A stretch of DNA of 63,949 nucleotides, filler included, from Reticulomyxa filosa (GCA_000512085.1; 16 parts of 16 records of this genome joined end to end with filler, not necessarily neighbours in it); one strand, 5' to 3'; positions 24,301 through 37,031 are shown, counted from the whole stretch's first letter. A program made the numbers and translations. The notes: a model not told the origin generated them from the sequence alone.

Positions 24301-25498
24301 CTAAAAGCATCTTCTGTGCACAATACCTGGACCACTTTCATCGTACTCATCTTTTGTAATCCACATTTCCTGGAAAGTACTTAAGCTGGTCAAAATACTT
24401 CCACCAATCCAGACACTGTATTTTCTTTCGGGAGGAGCAACAATTTTTACTCGGATGCTAGCAGGAGCTAAAGTGGTCATTTCCTTGGCCAAACGGATAT
24501 CAATATTAGGGAACATTGTTGTACCTCCACTTAACACAATATTGGTGAACAAATCTCGACGGATGTCGACATCACATTTCATAATACTTTCGTAAATCAA
24601 TTTGTGAATTCCTTTGCTCTCCTTTCCAATCAGACTTGGCGAAAACAAAACCTCAGGACATCTGAAACCTTCAGCCCCGATGGTAATAACTTGTCCATCA
24701 GGCAATTCAAAGTTTTTCTCAATCTCGCTAGATGTTTCTGCTTTCTTCAATTCTGCTTGAAAGTCTTCAGCAACATAAGCCAATTTCTCCTTAATATCAC
24801 GAACGATTTCCCTTTCTGCACTGGTAGTAAAGGAATAACCCCTTTCGGTCAAAATTTTCATTAAGTACTCGGTCAAATCCCTGCCGGCCAAATCTAAGCG
24901 TAAAATTGCATGTGGCAAAGCGTACCCTTCGTAAATTGGAACTGTGTGCGATACACCATCACCAGCGTCCAATACGATACCGGTCGTTCTGCCACTTGCA
25001 TACAATGATAAGACAGCTTGGATACCTACGTACATTGAAGGCGTGTTAAAGGTCTCAAACATTATTTGAGTCATTTTTTCTCGGTTTGCCTTCGGATTCA
25101 ATGGTGCCTCCGTTAACAAAATTGCTTGTTCTTCTGGCTGGATACGTAGCTCACTATTAAAAAAAAACATGCATAAGGTACAAATTTCAAAAACGTTGTA
25201 TAAAAAAATTTTTAAGTAACTTGTAAAATGTATGATGCCAAATTTTTTCCATGTCATCCCAATTTGTCACAATACCATGTTCGATTGGGTATTTTAATTG
25301 CAAAATGCCTCTTTTGCTTTGAGCTTCATCACCAATGTATGTGCCTTTTTGGATCACACCAATCATCACGCTCTCATTTTTTGGTCTACCAACAATACTT
25401 GGAAATACTGATCGTGGAGCATCATCACCACTGAAGCCAGCTTTCACCATACCACTGCCATTATCAACAACCAATGCTTGGACAGTATCTTCGTCCAT
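24301..25498 (-). CDS. ACT: Actin (divergent), one intron 25154-25220
   Basis: [68 protein letters not shown]. The spliced junction restores HTFYNELR. Confidence 0.98.
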
Positions 25499-26085
25499 AT
25501 TTTTTACTCTTTGGGATGAAAAAACAATTATTCAACAAAATAACAAAACAAAAACACTCAACAACTAACAAAAAAATTTTTAAAGGGTCTGTTTTTGAAT
25601 ACAGCTGTTCATTTTATTTTACAAATAAATAATTTTGTCATAATTAAATAATCATTCAAGCAATTACAATATATTATTACATTTATGGCAAATTAACATT
25701 TGTAAGTAGTATATTGACAATATCAATTGATTTTTACAAAAAAAAAATAAATACCAGAACAAAACTTCATTATAAGCGTCACATGAATGAATGTCTGTTG
25801 CAAGAAAGATTTCGATCAAAGTAAAATGAAGTCAATTATCAATTACATTATATATAGACATATCTGGAGTGTTATGTCGAATATCAAATATACAACGATC
25901 AGCTATTTTTAATTTGAAAGACATTAGTTTTTTCATATAACTAATCTAAAAAAAAAATTCTTTCTAGCAGTTTGTCAACTAATAGATAACAATACAATAT
26001 ATCTACGAAATATTTTGTTACGATTTTGTTTTGGATTGTAATGTTTGACATATTCTATGATTTTAACATGTTCCAAAGAATCAAT

Positions 26086-26174
26086 TACAGTAGGTTGCAA
26101 GAAAACTGAACGTCTAAAACATATCTTATGATGACAATTGATTTTCTCAATGAAAAATCAACATTTATACCTAA
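26086..26174 (+). mobile_element. Family A transposon end, running into the contig end
   Basis: TA|CAGTAGGTTGCAAGAAAACTGAACG...ATTGATTTTCTCAATGAAAAATCAACATT; closely matches 62708-62790. Confidence 0.6.
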
Positions 26175-26274
26175 NNNNNNNNNNNNNNNNNNNNNNNNNN
26201 NNNNNNNNNNNNNNNNNNTTAATTAATTAANNNNNNNNNNNNNNNNNNNNNNNNNNNNNNNNNNNNNNNNNNNN

Positions 26275-27287
26275 ACCAAAGTTAAACGAGAAGAAGGAGA
26301 ATAATGATAAAAAGCAACCGACAAGGGACATTTCGGAACAAGTCCGGAACACAGTAAAGAAGACGACCAGAACAAAGACAATGAGGAGGAAGAAGAAGGA
26401 AAAGAGAATAAAGAGAGCAAAGATGTTCGGACAAAAACGATGGAATGGTTGGCATATCTACTGGAGCAATACAAGACCCCATTGAGCAACGAATGCGAGA
26501 TAAGCAAAGGGGAGATGAGATCGATATCAAGCATAGCGATCAGAGCCGGCAAAGGAATGGACGAATGATCGTGGGTAGCTTACGACAACAACGTATACTT
26601 GTACGACTTTGTAGTGATGAACGGGGGATAGTACGAGTACTTCCGCGTGCTGACGCCGCAAGACGGGTACCCAGTGAAGAGTTTGGACTATAACTTGGCC
26701 ACTTGGTCGTGGAGTTTGCCAAAGGCGACATGTATTTGCACGACATGAACCACACGTTTGGACATGTGATGACGTGGTCGCGCAAGACTCGACCGTCCGT
26801 CTCTGGAACTTGGAACGCGAGCGAACAACGGTGTTTGCAAGTCATATACAAGGCGAGGTCCACCTTGGGCAAGCGACTCCATATATCAGCGCCGCCGACT
26901 TGGCTTTGGACTTTGTCTGCGCTGGTCATCGCCTGCTCCGATGGCTCGTTGCAACTGTTTGATCCTCGCAAATATCAGCAGCCGCAGGGCCAAAACTGTT
27001 GTCACTCAATGTCATTTGTCCAATGACACTCACAACAGCGATGTCACGTGCGTCAAGTTTGACCCCACCGATGGCCGTCTTCTCGTCACCAGAGGCGGGC
27101 TCAACGACAACTCGCTCAAAGTATGGGACCTTCACAACTTCAAAATGCCCGTCAAGTCCTTCGACTACTTGCAAAACAACTTTGATTGCACCAATGTCAT
27201 CTTCTCGCCCGATGCCAGGCTGATCGTCGCCGGCACGTCCATGTCCAAGCAAGATCACAACAACAATAGCAATAATAATAATAATAA
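26275..27287 (+). pseudogene. WDR70-like WD40 gene, fragmented by frameshifts and deletions
   Basis: VEFAKGDMYLHDMNHTFGHV and TRGG.NDNSLKVWDLHNFKMP...TNVIFSPDARLIVAGTS resemble WDR70 signatures, but lie in different frames. Confidence 0.65.
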
Positions 27288-27387
27288 NNNNNNNNNNNNN
27301 NNNNNNNNNNNNNNNNNNNNNNNNNNNNNNNTTAATTAATTAANNNNNNNNNNNNNNNNNNNNNNNNNNNNNNNNNNNNNNNNNNNN

Positions 27388-27564
27388 TTTTTTAAACAAT
27401 TAGTAAAAATTTAATAAAAAACCAAAATGATTTTTAAAAAGTACACGATTTGTAGATATTTTTTAAAAAAAAATTAGGTCTGAATGTTGTTTTTTCATGC
27501 AGAAAATCAATCATCTCTATAAGGTGCCATTTTATGTGTCAACTTTACTTTGCATTCTACTGTA
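27388..27564 (-). mobile_element. Family A transposon end
   Basis: Ends ...TTTGCATTCTACTG|TA; reverse complement of 9733-9880. Confidence 0.65.
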
Positions 27565-28785
27565 TCATCAGAAAGGAATGAATAAAAGTTAACACTCTTG
27601 AGCTATTGAAAGATATATACAAAATTATTGTTTTTTTTTCCTCCAGTATTTTTCCTTGTGTTGATCCTTAATTTCATTTTTTGAGACAAGATCCAAGCGA
27701 AATACCAGGACATAGCAAAGTTTTTTGAATGCACACAGCCTCAGCACTTTCTGTTGTATTGTAGTTTTCAAGGATGATAAGTATGTAAGGAGAAGCTGTC
27801 AAGTATAATAAGACAAATGCGAAAAGGAGATGACAACAAAAGGAAAGAAAGAAACGGAAAAAGTGAAGAGCTGTGGAAAAGTTTAGCCCACTAGGGACTC
27901 TTCAGACTTTAGAGTTCCATCTACAACTATTGTCTCAAATAAAGAAAATAAAATTAATTTGTTAATTTCAGATTCAAAATAAATTTGGGAAAATACTTAA
28001 ATCACAAAAAAATTAAAAATTAAAATTTTTCACACTGTTTTGCAAAGCTTATTCATAAAGAATGAGAATTCTATTGTGAAGTTTATCCTTTGCAATGTTT
28101 GCATTTGTGTTTCGATTTTTATCAAATGCTTATATATTTCATTATTAATAGATATTTTTGTATTTTAATTATGTTTGTCAGGGATCAAACGGTAACATAT
28201 CTACCGCAATGTTCTATAATGACTTGCAAAATCTGTGTAGAAATGGCACTTGTCATGTGAAATGTTGTGAAAGAACGTAAAACGTCAGTGTCTGCTTAAG
28301 AAAGTTGAAAGTATGAAAAGAAGATGAAGATACTTCATATATTTTTGAAGACTTAATCAATGAAAAAGTTGCAAAGGAAATGGACCTTCAATGGAACTCT
28401 GAATTGATAATTAGAGCACTTTGTTGAAAATAAGGTTTATTGTTGAGATACTAATATTGTTGAAATCGCAGAATTTTAAAATTTATTATCGCTTTGAGAT
28501 TTTAGTTCGAAATAGAAAAAAAGGCTTTTATACATTCTATTTCTTCTAAATTTGAAACGTCGAAGTGAATCAGTATTTTTTCTTTTCAATTTAAATTTAC
28601 TGGCAAACAAAAACAAAAAAATAATATTAAACCACACTTACAGCAAAGTCGGTTAATGAAAAACGTTCCAATTGAACTTAAAAAAAATCAATTTTCAATA
28701 AAAACAGTTGGATAAACCAATCTCCAATATACAACACAAATTCTCCTTCAAATTCAATATTTGAGCCTGTCTCGTCGATAGAGCG

Positions 28786-29907
28786 ATGGAATACGACAAA
28801 TTGTTTAAATTCGTACTTGTTGGGAATAGTGGCGTGGGAAAGTCATGCATATGTGTGTTGTCCATTCATTTTTCTGCAAAAAGAGACTCATTCATATTTT
28901 AATGTTGTTTGTGAAATATTTTCTCTTTTAAAAAATAAGTGTTGCGATTTAGTGACGATACATTCCGAGAAGAAGCGTTATCAACAATTGGGGTTGATTT
29001 CAAGATAAAAACAATAAACATTGGTATTTTTATTTGTGTGTTTGTTGGGGTCTTGTACAAAACGATACGTAGTATATAAAACCACATATAAATTCAATTT
29101 AATAGATGGACTAGTAGTTAAACTACAAATATGGGATACTGCTGGACAAGGTAGCTTTGAATGTGTTATTTTCCCATAATTTTTTTTTGCCTGGAGTTTT
29201 TTTTTTGGCAGTATATTCTTTCTGAAAAAACAGAGAAAAAAGGCAAAATAAAAATAAATCGAGAACAAAACAAACTCAAAAGAACGATTCTCAATGATAA
29301 CATCATCCTATTATCGTGGTGCACATGGAATTGTGATAGTTTATGACGTGACCCATCGCACGTCATTTGAACAAGTGTCAGTGTGGATAAAACAAATCAA
29401 TGAGTTTGCACCCAAAAATGTTTGCAAATTACTAGTCGGAAATAAGGTTGACTTGGTTGAAAAAAGAAAGGTTTCGACACAAGTTTGGTTCTTTTGTTCG
29501 GATTTAACCTTAACATAGTCTTTCTTTGTCTTTATCTCCTACCCCTTTGGATATTTTTTTTTATCCTTTTCGATGTGATAACAGGAAGGTATGGAATTGG
29601 CGGCGAAATTGGGCATAGGTTTTATCGAAACCTCTGCTAAAGTTGATGAACGTGTATCAGATGTATTTACAACAATGACACAGATGGTTAATGAAAGGTT
29701 AGGCTTAATTCATTGGACATTTTTCGCTTTTTGTTGTTTTCACAGCTATTCGAATTTTTAATTATTTGCATGCTTTTGTTTTGATAACACATACGGTAAT
29801 ATATCAGGACTAAAGAAGATCCTACTATTGGAAGCACTGAAAAAATTCAATTGAACAAAGTTGAAGTCACAGAAATCAAAAAGAAAAAAAAATGTCTTTG
29901 TAAATGA
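28786..29907 (+). CDS. Rab1/Ypt1-like small GTPase; 6 exons
   Basis: LFKFVLVGNSGVGKS, STIGVDFKIKTI, KLQIWDTAGQERF, TSSYYRGAHGI, LLVGNKVDL, FIETSAK and a prenylation-type end KKKKKCLCK*. Confidence 0.92.
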
Positions 29908-30889
29908 CGTGATAAACACCCGATCAACAATTATTCACATGGAATTTATATTTCTCATTTATGACTGGCTCGATAGATAATTATTTTTATCCAATTTATG
30001 TTTGTTTTTGTTTTTGTTTTTTTTGTGGTTGTAACAAGGCATTAAACTTTTTTTTCTGAACACCCCCAATATTCCTTTGATAGATTATGGACAAAAGAGC
30101 ATAATGTCTTTATATATTCGTTAATGTTCTTCAACTGTCAATTTTTTGTTTTGCTTTTCACTATTCTGTTGAAATGTGTTCACACTTTTTGAGATTGAAT
30201 AAAAGAACAACACATTTGTAATGAATAAAAAGGAATTTCTACAAATTGTCTCGCTATAAATTTGATAATTTAATGCAATAAGAAAAATAAAAGTTTAAAT
30301 TTGCATTGAAACCAAATCGAGGTTATCGTGTTTTGAGGGGATGAATTAGATAGAAGGGTACATTCAATGTTTTTTAACCAAATTTTTCTCAAATGAGAAA
30401 AATAACAGGAAAAATATGGTAGTAAACGAAAAGAAAATCAGATCAACATCCGGAGACATGATCACATAAAAGTTAAAAAAAGAAAGAGAAAGAAAGCACA
30501 CCAAAGAATCCCAAAGTACTGTTTAACACAGAGCACAAACACAATCTTTTGAAAAAAAGCACACCCGTCTCTCACTAAAAAAAACACTCAAATCCGCTGA
30601 GCACGCAAACTAGCGACAGCTCTGTGCCCTCTTTTGCACTAATCACAAACAAGTGCGATAAACCAACAATAACAATAAACAAAAATGTAAAAGGCTGGAA
30701 AGATTCCTCTTTAAGCAATAAGAAAAAAGTCGCATTTTTTTATTTTCACACCAAAGTGCTGTATAAACAAAAGTTAAAAGATTTAAAAAAAAAAAGAAGA
30801 AAAAAAAGGAGGAGAAAAAAAGAAAAGAAAGAAAAAAGTATTTTCATAAAGACATCAAAACCACAAAAAACAAACTCTTTTCACTTCTT

Positions 30890-32698
30890 TTATTGTTTAA
30901 ATCGTGATGAGTTCGCAAATTGTGCAATAGAAAGTTGAAGAGGTGCTGAAGCCCGAGGTTTGGATACTCCTTTTTGAATCTTACTGAGCCCAGATTGAGT
31001 AAACTTTGAATTAAACGGCGAAGTGAAATTTGAAGGCCGTGCTACTATATTAACACAATCCGATGACGCAAACGCATTTACTTGGTATTGTATGCCTCTC
31101 TTGCAACATAGGGCAACAAATAGAACAAAAGATCTAACTCATGGATTGAGCATGGTTGTGTTGTTTTTGTAAAATATCATAATCTTGCTGTAATTTGGCA
31201 TATTGATTTTTGGTCATTTGTAAAGTGTTTTCAATGCTTTCGTGACTCAATTGTAATGTTTTAATATGCTCGTTTTTTTTGTAAACTACTTCTTCCAATT
31301 CTTTAATAGTTTGTTTCAGCTCCATTATGATCTTGTCTTTATCAACAAGAGTTATTTCTGGATTTGCAAGGCCAACAGCATCGGTTGTTTTTGCGACGCT
31401 GTTGCTGTTTGGATTTGCATTGCTTTTCAAACTTTCTACAGATTCCACACTGTTGCTGTTATCTTTTTGGTTTTGTTGATTCTCTCCGTTCGAATGAATC
31501 GACTCATGTTGTCCATTTGTCGAGGAATGATTTGTTACATTTTGCTGCTTGTTCAAAGGCGCGTTCTCGTCCGTTTTAGCTTCGTTTTTGGAACTCTTTT
31601 GATCACAAAAGTATGTATAATTATAGTTGTTACATATCGTGGGCATTATGAGATTAGCAAAAAAACACACAAATAAAAGACGTTATATCTTCACCTCGGC
31701 GGTGGATACATTTGGCCTTGCTTTCGAGGATTTCATTAAAACGCTTGGCGGTGGTGAGGCAGTTTTCTCTGTTCTGTCATACGCACGGTTCGTTTCTTCA
31801 TCCAATGCTATTACATCCATCACCAATATATTCAAGTGATTACGATATGATATTGCTACACATACATGTGTGTGGCTATGATAAAAATAAGCGAGAACAA
31901 AAAAAAAACATCTCACAAAAGTTTTCCGCAATCTTTTCCAGCTGTATTCATAACAAATTCATATAAAGAAGGCTTGGATTTGATACAAAAAAAAACACAA
32001 TAATAATAAAATAAAAATTGAAGCGGAACTGAAGGATGAACAGGAAATGGACTTGCTTTGGAATTGAGACGACCTTCGATATCGGAATGAGATATGGAAA
32101 GAGAGTGTTCAGTGCTCGATCGCGAGACTTCCACTGATGTTTGTGTTTCTTTTCTTGCAAGGCTATTATACTCGTTTTTCTGCTCAGGGCTTTAACATTA
32201 ACAGATAAAACAGGGCGGTTTATATATACATATATATATAAAGGATCTTTTCAATTCAAATCACAAACGCACAGCACATACGTCGCATTTTTGGAACGTT
32301 CTTGGCATTTTCGAAACGTGTCAAAAATTTTTTCCATTATTGCGTCTCTTTGCTCTTTCATTTTTTTTTTGAATTTGTTAATGTGTGTTCACTTCTGATC
32401 CAAAGAGAGAAGAACAATTTAACTCACCGTCATTGGCACATATAATTACACGTTTTGTTTTTTCCGTGGCCAGTCCAATGGAAAACTCTCCATTTCCCGG
32501 GCTTCCTGCCTTTGCAACTTCCAATTGGTCATTGTACAAAGAATACGAGCCCTTATATTTGCCTCGTACAGATGCCCATAAAAACAAATCATTGAACAAG
32601 TATATAGTTATGCCTTTGCACTTTTTGTGAAGAATTTTTCGTCGGATCTGACATGGTTTTGACACTTTTTTTTATTTATATATACATATACACATACA
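30890..32698 (-). CDS. PH-domain protein (RhoGEF-type PH) with C-terminal coiled coil; multi-exon, 5'-truncated
   Basis: ITIYLFNDLFLWA is typical of the PH domain that follows a DH domain. Coiled coil KDKIIMELKQTIKELEE...YAKLQQDYDILQK. Confidence 0.55.
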
Positions 32699-32798
32699 NN
32701 NNNNNNNNNNNNNNNNNNNNNNNNNNNNNNNNNNNNNNNNNNTTAATTAATTAANNNNNNNNNNNNNNNNNNNNNNNNNNNNNNNNNNNNNNNNNNNN

Positions 32799-34424
32799 GT
32801 TGCGAAAGCAACACCATCCCCTAACAAAGGGCTTACAATGATCGCCCACAAAAAAGTTTAGTATTTATATGTGTATATGTATGTACAAATACTTTAAAAT
32901 TTTTTTTTTTTAATAGGTGCCATATGACATCCCGGGCACAAAGAACGGGCACAAGCCCGAAAAAACATTCGGGATATTTTTATAATTTTGGTGTCGGGGT
33001 TATTATTTATAATAACACCAATGCCGAAGTGGCTCCAAGCCGCAACTCCGGGCTTAAAACCCGTAAACAAAAAGTTTAGATTTATTGATTTATTTTTTTT
33101 TTTTATGACAGCAACATTAAAATAATATTTTTACAGAGCACCAGTGCAGCGGGTTATCAACCTGCAAAAAAAAAATTGATTGCACTTATTTAAGTGCATT
33201 ATCATAATGCAACTCGGTTGCGCAGAGCGCAAGCACCACACAATCTGCGCTCAACAATGGGTATGTAGCTAATTATTTTATCTTTATTTTAAATTTATTT
33301 TTATTAATTAAATTAATTGGTTGGTGTTTTTATAGAGCCAAGCGCGCATATCTACGGGTTTAAAACCCGCCAAACAAAAAAAAAAAGTTTTGCTGCTGTG
33401 TATTTGTTTTTTTATGATATATAATATAATATTATTATTTATAGGTCCGAGGCGCAACGAGCCACAAACTGCGCGACCAACCACGGGTTCACAACCCGCA
33501 TCAATAAATAAATAAAAAAGTTTTGATTTATCTTTTGTTTCTATTATTATTAAAGATTGTTATGTGTTTATAGGGCCAAAGCCTCCGAGACCCCGTTCAA
33601 CCTCCGACTAAGGGTTTACAACCCATCCAACAAAAAAAAAAGGTTTGATTGTATGTTTTATTTATTTATTATTATATAAATATTAAAAACGACTATTTTA
33701 TACATATAGACAATGACCAGAGACTGCCATCACACAAGTGACTGGCCATCAGCCAGTGCAAAAAAAAAAAAAGTTAATTTTGTTTTGCTTTGCTTTTCTT
33801 TATAAATATATTATTATCAAAATTTATAGGGACCGCAGTGACTATTGCAATCATCAGGCGCGTCCAAGGGGTTGTAACCCGCTCACAAAGAAAAAAACAA
33901 AGTTTTGCAAGTTTGTTTTATTTTTATATAAAATAACAATAATATTATTATTATTTACAGGCCCCAGAGCATCGAACACACGCTCCAGCGCAACAAGGGT
34001 TTACAACCCGTATCAAATAAATAAAAAAAAAGTATTGATGTATATAAATATTCTTTAACTGTTATAACGGTTTTGTTGATATGTTACAGGGCCACTACAT
34101 CCAAAACCCCCACCTGCGCTCTCAACAGAGGGTTCCCAACCCGTCTCAATGATATCAAAAAAAAGTTTAGTATATTGTTTCTTTCATTTATTCAAAATTA
34201 TAATAATATTGCTATTGCCCATAGGCCCCTTCCACCAAATGCACGCTTCAACGGGCTCCGACCCGTCTCTAACGGGCTCCAGCCCATCAAACAAAAAAAA
34301 AATGTTTTGTTATTTTGTTTTTGTTTTTATTTATATGTATTATAATAATATATTAATATTATTGTATGTATAGGGCCCCGGCCACCTCCAACGCCTCCAA
34401 CGGGCTCCGACCCGTCCATAACGG
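32799..34424 (+). repeat. Tandem array of ~14 GC-rich exon-like modules separated by AT-rich GT..AG spacers; most contain a short inverted repeat followed by an A-run
   Basis: Inverted repeats start near 32829, 32946, 33049, 33149, 33355, 33484, 33612, 33741, 33869, 33997, 34130, 34252/34274 and 34401. Most modules are preceded by TAG/CAG and followed by AAAAA-GT. Confidence 0.85.
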
Positions 34425-34553
34425 NNNNNNNNNNNNNNNNNNNNNNNNNNNNNNNNNNNNNNNNNNNNTTAATTAATTAANNNNNNNNNNNNNNNNNNNN
34501 NNNNNNNNNNNNNNNNNNNNNNNNAATAGCGCTTCAGTCGCCTTAAGGGCATG

Positions 34554-35586
34554 TCATGGGCTGTTGGACAATGGCGACGGGTCTTCATTCACAACTTGTA
34601 CCAGCAATCGCTGGTCGAGCCATACGTTGGATTCTTCATCGCCGTCTGTCCAATCATCACTTTGCAACGCCATCACATCATTGCGCATATCTTGGCGATC
34701 TGTATGATATATACAATTTTTTATTTGTTTGTTTTTTTTTAAAAATAAAAATAAAAAAAACAACTTAACATTGCAGGATTGGATGACAATTGCAACATAG
34801 CAGTTGAAGTTGTGCAAGTCGTTGGGCAGCGATACGTTGTAATGAAAAATTTGCTGCGACAATGGATAGTATTTGCAGCTGAGTCCTGCGCTCGCGTCGA
34901 TGTGGTACCCGGAACAATTGATTGCAAACAATGTCATTCCTGGCTGTTGACACCGTTTGTATATTTCATTCGATGGTGGTGTAGTCATCACTTCCACTTC
35001 GCCATTTGTAAGTGCACTATTGTTTTTGTTATTTTTTATTATCTTTTTGAATCAAATTTATCTGTGCAATCCATACTCTCCCTTGTTATCTCTGATATAC
35101 GTAAACGTAACCTTTTTTTTTTTAATGAACATTTTTTTTTCCTTTACTCACTGTTAGTTACCTGTATAATGTTGATTTGAAGGCCAATTTATAAAACGTT
35201 GATGAGATTATGGACGTAGATGGAGACATATTTATGGACTGGATTTTGTTATGTGGGCTCTTATTGGACTTCTTTGGATTGATCGGTAGCTGTTGGGGAA
35301 TACGTATACTTTCATTCTTTGAGATCATTGACTTATTGAAAATTTGCACCAACGATATGGTTGTCAAGCCATTGATTTGTGAACATTGCTCACGTTTCCA
35401 CGTTATAAATTCTACACTTGGATGATAGAGTTGTTCCTTGATATTGTAAACACATTTATATTGTCGTGATGATACAAACGTGTTTGTCCGCTCCCAGCTG
35501 AATTGCAAATTTTCATTTTTTGCACTTGACACCACCATGAACACATTTAATGAATGTGGAGTCACCAACACCAAGGTGGATTTCAC
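34554..35586 (-). pseudogene. Degenerate member of an unknown dispersed gene/repeat family
   Basis: QIFN...MSP.TS.IS.....[AT][FY]KSTL[YH]R and the downstream intron-like DNA are homologous to ~38450-38950 (+). Confidence 0.45.
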
Positions 35587-36559
35587 GCTGCTGCCAACAG
35601 CTAAAAGTCTCCACTCAATTTTTTTTGCTCAGTTTGCCCCCTCCGTTCCTACTGGACACGCCGAACAGAAGGATATCAAATGAGCAATAAAGCCACTTTA
35701 AGAAAAACTTTGTGGCAAATGATTTGTAGCAATGCCGAGTTAATTGGAAAATGTAATTTGTTGCAAGTTGTTTTATATAGATTCACAATAGCTAACGCAT
35801 AAAAAAAGTTAGTATTTTTGTCATTTCAAAACTCTTTTCAAACTAACCTCAGCCTGCTCAAATAAAAAGGCTAACAGATAAAAACAAAAATAATCTCCAA
35901 TCAAAAACAAAAAATGGAAAAAGCAGGACCACAGTAAATTTCAACAAAAAAAAGAACAAGTGTTTCGTAGCCGCCGGATATGGAAAAATGCTTTGTCTTT
36001 CACACGATCAAGTTTGTAATGCATATCGTGGAGATTGGGTCATTGTCTGGTCATGTAATGCAATGACAAAACCTTTGCATTCGTTCGCTATGTCAATGCC
36101 ATTAAAATACAAAATTACATATGGTGCACAAAGTACAATTTCTTGACTTTGTTTTTGTTTGAAATTTGGAGAAATCGAAATAAATGTGCCTCCATTCCAA
36201 TAAGAAAATAAGCAGTCTTTTCTCTCTGTTGCATTNNNNNNNNNNNNNNNNNNNNNNNNNNNNNNNNNNNNNNNNNNNNTTAATTAATTAANNNNNNNNN
36301 NNNNNNNNNNNNNNNNNNNNNNNNNNNNNNNNNNNAAAAAAAAATAAAAATGATTGCTTTGTCATTTATACAAAGTGTCAGACAAATTTGTTTTTTCTTT
36401 GAACGAGATACGTATTATCTAAATCTGCCCGAATTTGAAACGGAAGCAGAATAAAAAAATATAAAAAATTTTATTTGGAAAATGACCTTGAGGTTATATC
36501 CGCTTCTTTATTTTCCTTTTTCATTTCCATTTTTTAAAATCTTTATCTTTATTTTCATT

Positions 36560-37031
36560 TGATCACCATATTCGCTCAGCCCATTCTTTCGGTCTTGTTT
36601 CCAATCATTGTTGTTCATATCTAATTCTTTTTTTTGTTGCTGTATATTCGTCGACGAACTTTTTTTTTAACAGTAGAAAGACGCAATATTGAATTGTGAA
36701 TGTATATAATTGTAAATACCAACAAAAAAAAGAACTTTATGATCCTTTGGCCAATCAATGAGGCCACCGTGTATTCGAGGTTTTTCTTTTGGCTAAAAAA
36801 GATACTATTCTTTCAATTAAATAATGGGGCTGTCTTTGAATTAAAAATCAAATTTCGATTTCCAGCGAATTCATACTGTTTGTCTCGTGAAGTGGTACTG
36901 AAACTTAAGCCTTCTTGCGTTAGTTGTATCTTCAAATCTTTGTTAACCATATCTGCTAAATCTATCTTCACAAAGATGTTCTTTTTATCTTGGGTCCATA
37001 AATTCTGAGGCAATGGTTTTGCTATTGCCAT
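36560..37031 (-). pseudogene. p23/Sba1-like CS-domain co-chaperone, apparently decayed
   Basis: PQNLWTQDKKNIFVKIDLAD...KIQLTQEGLSF matches the start of the p23 CS domain. Downstream exons do not reconstruct cleanly. Confidence 0.55.

Noticed and set aside
32799-34424. Canonical CRISPR array or Helitron 3' ends
   Set aside because: Repeats are not identical, no cas genes are present, and the context is eukaryotic with intron-like spacers. Minus-strand ends read CTAT/CTGT, not CTRR. Kept as an unexplained array instead.
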